Of a DNA stretch of 64,000 nt, positions 35,991-46,075 are shown piece by piece. The notes beneath the pieces were generated by a model. That model was not told the DNA's origin, did not search any database, and saw nothing but the letters and a program-made list of their open reading frames with translations. The DNA is from Syncephalis fuscata S228 (taxonomy: Eukaryota > Fungi > Zoopagomycota), in the NCBI GenBank assembly GCA_025786725.1, contig JAHLTZ010000027.1, positions 248,001 to 312,000 on the forward strand, in the 5' to 3' direction. The position numbers and the translations under genes were made by a program. Positions within the stretch are counted from its first letter, which is position 1. Every line of letters starts with the position of its first letter.

Positions 35991-38676
35991 TTATGCTGTA
36001 TTTACAAATAAATATATTATATGTTATATGGTTAATGTATAAACCATCAATATACAATGTTACTTACCGCCTAATATTATTATTAAGTTATTAATATACA
36101 CAATACATAATATATAATTAATGAATAGTCAATTAACATATAACACAACTTACATGCGCCTAATGTTAATTAGTTGATGAATATAGTTCGTCGTATATAA
36201 TTAGTGAGTATTCAGTTAATATACAATATAACTTACGACCTATTATATTAAATTATTGATACACACAATACATGGTATATACTTAGTTTATATTTAGTTA
36301 ATACACACTGCTACTTACTGCCTATTAATATTAAACAATTAGTACAATTAATAAATAGCATAGTTAGTATATAGTCAGTTAATACACAATATAACTTACA
36401 AGCTATTAATATTAAACAATTAGTACAATCAATAAATAGTAAAATTAATGTATAATCAGTTAATATACAACATAGCTTACTAGCTATTAATATTAAATAA
36501 TTGGTACAATTAATAAATAGCAGTCAATATATAGTCATTTAATATACAATATCACTTACACCCTATTAGTATCAAATAATTGGTACAATTAGTAAATAAC
36601 ATAATAAATATATAGTTAGTTAATATACAATACAACTTACAAGCTATTAATATTCAATAAACGGTGCAGTCAATAAATAGCATAGTCAATATATAGTTAG
36701 TTGATATACAATACTACTTACTATCTATTAATATTAAATAATCGGTACAATCAGTAAATAACATAATAAATATATAGTCAGTTAATATACAAGTCCACTT
36801 ACGACCTGTTAATATTAAATGAGCAGTATTATCAGTAAATAGCATAATTAATGTATATTAACTGAATATACAATATTACTTACACCCTATTAATATTAAA
36901 TAATTGGTATCATCAGTAAATAGCATAGTTAATATATAGTTAGTTAATATACAGTATCACTTACAGACTATTAATATTAAATAATTGATACAATCAGTAA
37001 ATAGTAAAATTAATGCAGTCAGTTAATATACAATACAACTTACAAGCTATTAATATTAAATAAACGGTGCAATCAGTAAATAGCATAATTAATGTATAAT
37101 CAGTTAATATACGATATAACTTACCAGCTATTAATATTAAATAATTGGTACAATTAATAAATAGCATAGTTAATGTATATTCACTTAATATACAATACAA
37201 CTTACACCCTATTAATATTAAATAATTGGTGCAATCAGTAAATAGCATAATTAATGTATAGTCAGTTAATATACAATACAACTTACACCCTATTGATATT
37301 AAATAAACGGTGCAATCAGTAAATAGCATAATTAATGTATAATCAGTTAATATACGATATAACTTACCATCTATTAATATTAACAGTTAGTACAATAAGT
37401 AAATAGCATAGTTAATGTATAGTCAGTTGATATACAATACAACTTACTTTCTATTAATGTTAAACAATTAGTACAATCAATCAATAGCATGGTTAATGTA
37501 TATTCACTTAATACACAATACAACTTACTTTCTATTAATGTTAAACAATTAGTACAATTAATAAATAGCATGGTTAATGTATATTCACTTAATACACAAT
37601 ACAACTTACTGCCTATTAATATTAAATAATTGGTACAATTAGTAAATAGCATAGTTAATGTAGTCAATATACAATGCTACTTACAATCTATTAATATTAA
37701 GTTGATACACACAGTATATGGATATAATTAGTGAGTAATTAGTTCATATACAATACAACTCACTCTCTATGGTATTAAGTTGTTGATGCATATAACACAT
37801 AATATATAATTAGTTAATACTCAATTAATATGCAATGTTACTTACCAACTATTCCATCAAGTTATTAATACACACAGTGCATGACACATAATTAATTTAT
37901 AAGTTAGCAATATACAATGCTACTTACGACCTATTAGTATGAAGTTATTGATACACACAACACATAATATGTAATTAGTCAATTTTCAATTAATATATAA
38001 TATAACTTACAAACTATTAGTATTGAGTTGTTGATATACGCGGTGCATGGTATAAAATTAGCGCATAGTTAGTTAAAATACAATACAACTTACCCCCTAT
38101 GGCATTAAGTTGTTGATACACACAATACATGCTATAATTAATTTATAAATCAGCAATATATAATATCACTTACGGCCTATTAATATTGAATTGTTAATAC
38201 ATATAATGTATAGCACGTGATTAGTAAGTAATCAATTAATATACAATACAACTTACATTCCTCTAATATTAATTCGTTGATGGATGTAGTACATGATACA
38301 TAGTTAGTGTATGTCCTATTGATATACAACGCAACCTACCAGCTATAAATATTTATTTGTTAATGAACACAATACATAGCATGTAATTAGTGAGTAATCA
38401 ATTGATATACAATACAACTTACATCCCCCTAATATCAAGTTGTTAACGCACACAGTGCATAGCATACAATTAGCGTGTAAATAATCAATATATAATATTA
38501 CTTGCCAGCTATTATAAACATTATTTAGCAATACTGTTAGTAAATATAATAATATGGCATATTTATTGTTATTACAACATACCACGACGAACTAAGGCTG
38601 GATTAGCATCCACAATGGCTGTAGTGGCTATCAAAGCCACAACAACGGTGCAAACGACGGCAATGGAAAGCTTCAT
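35991..38676 (-). CDS. Microexon gene: 33 coding exons encoding a 66-aa secreted cysteine-rich peptide precursor (signal peptide, RR dibasic site, 35-aa six-Cys peptide)
   Basis: Exon 1 is 38676-38583 (31 codons plus G). 31 microexons follow, each bounded by yAG and GT/GC donors, then a terminal exon from 35995 (CA TAA). The joined ORF has no stop: MKLSIAVVCTVVVALIATTAIVDANPALVRR-AGGSEECRVCLENCKKNGWSAFWCHTWSTCSRACA*. Confidence 0.9.
35996..38582 (-). repeat. Tandem array of 32 homologous introns (72-83 nt; ~81-bp intron+exon period)
   Basis: acttac-NNN-cta recurs every ~75-86 bp on the + strand. Central minus-strand consensus: gtaagttgtattgtatattaactgactatacattaactatgctatttactgattgtaccaattatttaatattaatag. 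Confidence 0.95.
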
Positions 38677-38715
38677 GGTGATATTGATTTGTTAAAACAA
38701 ACAAATAAAAGAGAT

Positions 38716-38820
38716 AGTAGAGTGTGGTTGGTATAAAGTGGAGAGTAGTGCGTGTATAGCAAGAAGTAGAGTGGGGTCAATATAGAGTGGAGAGTAGTGT
38801 GTGTTTAGTAAGAAGTAGAA
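38716..38820. repeat. ~49-bp tandem duplication in the 5' leader of the microexon gene
   Basis: Two copies of agtagagtg(t/g)ggt...tata(a/g)agtggagagtagtg(c/t)gtgt(a/t)tag(c/t)aagaagtaga. Confidence 0.8.
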
Positions 38821-38864
38821 TGTGATAATGATATTGCAGCTGGTTGTGTATTTTTTGTGGGCCA

Positions 38865-38870
38865 TTTATA
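38865..38870 (-). promoter_or_regulatory. Candidate TATA box of the microexon gene
   Basis: TATAAA on the minus strand ~190 nt upstream of the ATG, followed by a pyrimidine-rich leader and a CACC-ATG start context. Confidence 0.5.
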
Positions 38871-39007
38871 CTTATGGCTATGCTTAGATATTAGTATACA
38901 TTAGTATACAAGGCATACCATTGATGTGCAATATGAACCAATAAAGCAATCTAAATAATGGTTTGAAACGTGCGTGTACCAATAGATTTATGATGTGATA
39001 GAATGCC

Positions 39008-39104
39008 CCCAGTCTTGATTTCAACCTGTCCAGTCTTAATTTTAACCTGTCCAGTCTTGGTTTCAACCTGCCAGGTCTTGATTTCAACCTACCCAGCTTT
39101 GATT
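39008..39104. repeat. 21-bp tandem repeat (~4.5 copies) upstream of the microexon gene
   Basis: Unit ccagtcttgatttcaacctgt with variants; one further copy at ~39322. Confidence 0.85.
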
Positions 39105-39537
39105 AGGTCTTTTTAGCATTTACACAAATGACGCGGCAATTCCAATGAGTAGTACATATGCGATAGAGAAATGTACATCATCCTGTATTCTTGTTAACGG
39201 TTTAACTATTTGGTGAATGCAAGATATTGTTTGGCTTTGTGAAAACGGTAATTATGTCTTTCCTGTTGCTCCCACCGAATGACTCGGTCCTCAATATTTG
39301 CATGCATGCAAAATAATGCATAACCTGTCCAGTCTTTACTTTAATTTGCTAGCAATTTACACGAATGCCACAATAATGGTAATAGTTCAGTACATATGTG
39401 ATAAAAATAGGCATATTAGCTTGTATTTTCTGTTACACGGTCTAACTATTTGGTAAAAACAAGTAAATTGTTTGGTTTTGTAAAGACGGTAGTGGTACTT
39501 TTGCTGCCATTTCTACCGATTCGGTTTTCAATATCTG
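39085..39537. repeat. Diverged ~235-bp tandem duplication
   Basis: 39085-39300 and 39321-39537 share ordered blocks: tttacac.aatg, agtacatatg.gata, taactatttggt.aa, ttgtttgg.tttgt, tcaatat.tg. Confidence 0.75.
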
Positions 39538-40492
39538 TTGCATACAGAATAGCACACAACACTGGTACAAAAACAAGCTTAACATATTAAACTGGTATTT
39601 TATACAGGTTTTTACTGCCATACATAAATCAGCTGTAATTTTTAAATTATAAAGTGTGCTGATTGGTACATGCATGCATTTCATTTGACACTATGCCCAT
39701 TGTTATGGGGTAGCAATTGTTTCGAATTCACAAATGCATCGCATTCAGGCATATCATGCTACACGTTGTGCAACTACTATCATTCAAATGGCGGCTAATC
39801 CAAGTTACCTGAAATCGACTATACAATAAGTACTGTCTGTAAGGTGATGCATCACGGCGGTTTGAGCAATAGAACATTCCAACAAGTCATTCTCGTCATC
39901 AGTTTTCAGCTGTAAACTAGATTGCATCGGCTAAACTACACGCCATACAATATTCAGACACTAGACCAAACACAATATAAAGCTTTAATTGAATATCAGC
40001 AATTTCGAGTGCATAATGTCAATGGATTGCGTATCAACCGGCAATCATCTAAGGCCTGTGCTGCCACATTTCTGACACCACTTCTGGCAAGTCAAGCAAG
40101 ATAGAATGTAGAAGAACAAGCCAAAGCAAAAACCAATGAAAAACAATTGACGGTTTAAAGGCTTACCGGTTTGACCTATGGCAAATCATTATAGTTGTGC
40201 TAAGTTGGACTGTGTTTATCAAAAAGTTGGCTGTTGCTGATGTGGTCAGAACAGCAGTAATGTTGGACCGAGATAACGCACAGAAAACAGAGAGTTGTAA
40301 ATAACACTGAATTAACAAGCTTAGCAATTAAGTAACTTATTATTGTTACTACAACTTATAATTCTGGTTGTTTGTACGGATAAATATTTACAATCACATC
40401 GTAGCTGCTTATACACTTATATTTATGCGACCACCAACTAAGCCAACTATTATAAGGCTTAATTTAATTATTTATCAGAGTAAACAGCTAAT

Positions 40493-41911
40493 ATTATACA
40501 ATAATGTTAATTATAACAATATAAATAGCATGCGTATTTGAAACAATAGATAACATTATTCAATTTCTAGTCTTTATTTTTCTTATTTTACATTAACACC
40601 TGTTCAAGTAACCTCAACGGCATGCCGTATATTCTGTTACAACTGTTGCCACATGATGTTACTGGTAAAGACACTCAGCCTATCATTATTGCATATGGTA
40701 GAGGCCGATTTGCTGCATCAATGATTGGCAAATAATATGCGCCTACCAAGTTGATACCAAGAATGCTCAAGACAATGGCGAACATCAGAAACGCTAGTCG
40801 TCCTACCTTCTTGTCACCATAAACGAGTATCTTACATTGCAAATATGCCCAAAATGCAACAGTAGAAGCTTGGCAGATAGAAGTGATCGTTTAGATGCAA
40901 AGAAACCACACTGTACGTAGTAACAGCAGCAACAATGCGGAACAATATGGAATTGCAATCAATGGCTTTATTAATATTTATCAAATTTTCTACGCATGGC
41001 CAACAGCAATAATGATCGGCCTCAAATGTTTCAATAAAATCAAACATAAACACAATCGAATAACTTGATCAAATACAATCGAAATGAAGCCATATGTTTA
41101 TTACTACAAACCCGCATGGCTGGATAGACACATTGACTGCAGTCCTGTTGGTAATACAATAGCACCATTGACTAGAGATGGATAAAGTGGCACATTGGCT
41201 AGAACTTATATAGAAGTAGACTAAATGGCAACTGTCAAATGATCTTGATTTCTGCCGATGGTAGTGTTTTGGGAGTATTGGTTATTCTATGTTTAATACA
41301 TAACTAAATAATATACAATTATACTTACAAACTATTGATGCAATTTTAAATACAAAAAATGCTTGACATATGGTTAGTGTGTGGCTGAGTAATATACAAT
41401 AATACTTGCAAATCCTTAATGCAAGTTATTAAACACGCACATGCAATATACAGCATATGTTTAGTACGTAGCTACTTGACTTTCAGTACTACTTATCCTC
41501 TATTAATACATGTCATTAAGCACACACAGCGCATAACATTGCTGTAACAGCAATACTAGTGCATTAAACGTGTATTCTTCAACAGATGCACACGGCTATG
41601 GATAAACTAGCAGTAGTTTATAAACCATCAAATATACTAGTTAGTCTGCACACGCATTCAATTCGGCACTGGGACTTGGCTGCTAAAATAAACATGCTGT
41701 TTTTAGTGCCATGTTATCAACTGCTGACACATGCCTATCGTTAGAAACTATTTACTGATATTAACTACTAGTTTCTACGTAATGGCCATTTTGATGATAA
41801 ATAATTGAACTTGTGCATTGACGCCATCGATGGTTTGCGCATAAAGTAATGCATACACATTGAGCTGCACTCACTAGGTCATCTCAATCAGATATAACCA
41901 TTGCGTGTACT
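40493..41911 (-). repeat. Dispersed repeat copy C (part of module 2 plus part of module 1, with microexon-gene 3' relic)
   Basis: 40493-41033 matches 34667-35213, and ~41038-41911 matches 16291-17195. Confidence 0.92.
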
Positions 41912-42154
41912 GCTTACCATTGATAATTACGATAAGCATTATTCCATGTGCGCTATACTACGTATGTACATGTATATTTTATACAATAATTATACATTCT
42001 AGCTGTCATTTACTTCTATAATAATTATACTTTTACCATAACACTTTTTCTAACAATATATCAGTGTATAATTGCTCGCTAGTTTGTTTGTTCAATAATA
42101 TATATATATGTTTTATAATAACAATGAAAAGCAAACTGAGAAAATCCACAAGTT

Positions 42155-45100
42155 TTATTGACCCATTAAAACGTCGAGTTTGTTTAACTGTGCGTAAATA
42201 TCACTCGATGTACGAATTTGCATCATACCAGCAAATACCATAAGTGATCGAGCTTTACCACGTTGCTCCATCATTTTCTATTATAATTTTACAATTAGTA
42301 TTGGCATCTTATTCATATATGGCATGCTTACTTGTTGACGACCTTGATCGGTGTAGGGTGAATCACGTAGCTGTTTGTATACTTGGTAAACAGCGTCCAT
42401 TGTAGCTAGTAGCAGCTCTGGTAAATTACGAGCAATTGCATCATCAGCATACTTGAGTCGTTCGCAATAATAGATAACATTTGGTGTATCGGCTTGTAGC
42501 GGTACCAAGTTCAAACGTTCCATCAACTATTCGTTATTCATTATTAGCAAATATAATTATACGGTGGATGCACTATCAATTATTTACCTGCAACGCATCC
42601 TCGTAGCGTTCGTTGTTGCATTTGAGGAAAAAGTCATACAATTGTACGAGAATACCGAGGGTAATTCGGTGTTCTTCCGATACCTTTGTAATGATATGCG
42701 CAAATCGTTCGTAGTGTACACGAATATTTTGTGCTTGACTAACAAGTTCGTCGGCCGGTTCGTGTAGACCACGTCGGGCGCGCTGTCGATGTTCGACAAG
42801 TCGAAGACCCAACTGCTGGATAAGAATGTCGTAAACGTGGTCGTATTCCTCGGCAATGTTGTACAGTTTGACCGCATCGAGGAATTGACCATTGGTATCA
42901 CATGCTTCGGCTGCGTGAATGGTGACGGCATTGGTCAATTCCTTAACCGTATTAAAGTTAACCAATGACATATATTGTTGCATACAGCCCGGCTAATAAA
43001 ATTGTATAAATAAATAATAGTAATAATAATAAGGCACTTTTTAATAACTTACCGCAATTGTGCCATCACTTTGTGGTGTTCCTAATAACAGCTCGTAATC
43101 CTTGCTTTCAAGTAAAAGTTCTTTAAGCCATTGATGGCAGGTATGCACATAAATCTTGCCAGTATGCGTAGTTTCGCCAAAGAAACACATGAGACACAAG
43201 TACTGGAAGGCATCGCCAGCCGCATCTCGGAAACAGTGCGAATATTGGTAGATTAACTTGCCATAGTCAAGCGATGGCACATTTATGCCCTTGTTACTCT
43301 TTTGTAAACTCACTAATAATCAGTAAATACGGTATTAATACACTAGTGCCAAGTAATATTGCTGTATTATTTCTACTTACATAGTGGCTTCACATAGGCA
43401 GCCTTTGGATCAGCCACACGAATTACACCATAATAGGCCATAGCTATAGCAAAATGAACAGCTTCACAGTAATAGTCTTCAAGTCCATATAAATAGGAAA
43501 TGGCCTATTATAATAATAATAATAATAATTTAGCATACTATTAATCATTTATTGCAACTTACCCGTTCAAATTGTCCAGTTAGTAGTAGTACTTGCAAAT
43601 AGTGCAAAGAATTACTGCCCCGCTGATTGAAATGATCTGGTCCAAACTTGACCAATGTCTCCTGTAATTCAGTCAATGTGTACTGTTCGCTAGACAATCC
43701 CTGTGCCTCTTGTTCATTTGACAATAGCATAAACTATATTGATACCGTATTGTCAGTTCAAAACTATTATGTAATATTACCATATTTTTACCTGAAGCCA
43801 AATATAATCCTCGATGGTGTGTACAACTTCTTGGATAGTCTTTTTACGTAATTCACATCGACCCATAATCTTATACAAAGCAAATTTATATGGATCGGTT
43901 GTTTCACGGGCATGGCGTAGTCGTTGATTAAACTCGGCGTGTAGTCTATCTTGCTGTACCTTGGGTAATCTATCATTGTAATATTAGTAAATAATATTTA
44001 TTTATCTAAAAACAACTTACTGTCTTCCATTGTCAAGGTATGCAAATAGATATTCTTGGAACGTTGGCTCAATTGCATCAAATGATGACCGATTTGTAAG
44101 AACATAGTCGCGCACTTCAGCAAATTTACCACTACGGAATAATAAATAAACAGTAGCCCATAGCGCGTCCCCTTTCATCAACTAATATTTATGTCATTGA
44201 GTGACACATGAATACACTAAATATTTGCTTACCTCAATATTTGGATTGACCAATTCACTATTGCTCCATAATGTAATATTAAGGAATCCTCTTACAGTAT
44301 TGGCAGCCGATGGAACCCCGCCCAATTGTGCACGTTGAGGCTGCGTTTGAACTTGTTTAACCATATACTCGTAGAACCTATTATTTAGTTATGTATGCAT
44401 ACATCGATAGACTATCTACTAAACACTTACTGTGATTCCAAATGGTCCTGAGCACCTTGAATAAATTTACGATATAGTTCTGCCCGACCAGAGCCTTGTA
44501 TATCATTATATGCACGTAGATACTGGCCTTGAAGTAATGGTGCCCGTTTAAACTGTCCTCCTTGTGCATCCTTTTCTCCAATAACACTGGCTAATATACG
44601 CCATGCCTCAGTTACTTGCTGCCATTGCTAATAGTAGTAGTATAATTATTGTTACTATACTGGCTATTACACTGATTACATATACTCACCTGTTGGGTGC
44701 CTAGACCAACAACTGCCGTTTCCATAGCATTAATGACGGCAAATGTTTCCTTTGATAATCGACTCTGGTTCATATCTTTAACAACTTTGAGATAACGCGC
44801 CGTACGTAGATTGATAGCCGAGGTAGATCCACTGGCCGATGAATTAACCATACTAGCATATAGCATGGGTTCATCACTACGCGATCGTACTGACACGCCC
44901 ATTTCACTAGCACCCAAGCGAGTCTCTGGTCGGTAAAGATTCGTCTCTTGTGTCAATAAGGCCGTTTTATAGTCATTCCACTCATTTTGCATTACTGTTT
45001 CCATATGTTCTTCAAAAATGCTATGTGTATCAAGGGTGCTCACTTCTATCGCATCAATAATTGATTGTTCATGTTCATGTCGTAAAAATCCCTATTATTA

Positions 45101-45531
45101 TTATTATTAACAATGAATAAGTAAACAAATAAATGTCAATATTAATTAACTTACCTCAACATCCATGTCAGGTAGTATTTGTAATGATTCAAATGCCGCA
45201 TCCATCCGCGTATCTTGTACGCGTCCAGATAATTCATCGGCATCAACACCGCCTTTAGCAAGAAACAATTGGCTAAGAGAAAGAATCAGTTATAATGAAT
45301 AGTTATTTAGTAGACGCGTTGATAGTTATTAATGTGGCATACTTACGTTTTAGCCGTGTAGCCTTCATCTTTACCGCCAATACGGGCAAGTAAAAGACGC
45401 GAATGCGACTCGATCTGCTCGAGACCGCGTTCAATGTGTGGACGATGTGCTGAGATTACATTGCTATTCATGCGTCGAGAATTCTCAACTAGCTGAGTCA
45501 ATGATCCTAACGGATCAGCCTTTGAAGACAT
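42155..45531 (-). CDS. NIC96: Nucleoporin Nup93/Nic96
   Basis: HIERGLEQIE, DMDVEGFLRHEHEQSII, RAQLGGVP, LWATVYYLFRSG, DPYKFALYKIMGRC, IEDYIWL, LLLTGQFE, EAVHFAIAMAYYG, RSLMVFAGMM. Confidence 0.95.
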
Positions 45532-46075
45532 GGTACGCGTATTTCTTAACTAATGACAGCCAATAGAACTACGAAAGAGTCAAAAAAGAAGAAGAATAGA
45601 CGGCGTGTAGGTTGTTTGTTGTTTACACCATCAATGCACTTTATTCGGGCCAGATGTGTAAAAATAAACATACGTGAAATCAAATCGACTCGGTCCGAGT
45701 CTGGTTCTGACTTGCATCAATCGGGATCATGTGGCGTCACGGGAAGGGTGTGCTGCAGCAACAGAGCAACACACGGAACAGAGCAATAGAAAAGGAACAT
45801 AAGCGAATAAGCAAAGGAAATAAATTGTGAGATAAGTCAACGACTGTTTTGTCTCACAACATCCCCTGCCTTTCTACAACATTCTATTGTCATTATCAGT
45901 TGATAACAGTAGTTGTCGTTGAAGTAACAGTAATAGTAGTAGCGAGAGAGTAAAAGCACCACTTGTTTGCTTATTTCTCCTTAAGTAGCAGTTTGCCTTC
46001 TTTTTTACCGCTTTTTCTTCATTCTTTACTGTGTCTACGTGCGTTGTCTTTAGTGGCACTCTTCTCTCTTTGGCC

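Noticed and set aside
36994-37667. Standalone 27-aa repeat proteins (ORFs 36994-37329 and 37380-37667)
   Set aside because: These are read-through of the 81-bp intron+exon units with no independent promoter or start context.
36060-38510. CRISPR array or plain minisatellite
   Set aside because: The context is eukaryotic with no cas genes. The variable parts are only 3-6 nt and are bounded exactly by AG and GT/GC splice signals that join into a coherent ORF.
38884-39087. ORF MKSRPGRLKPRLDRLK...
   Set aside because: Translation of the 21-bp tandem repeat, non-ATG start, no other coding support.
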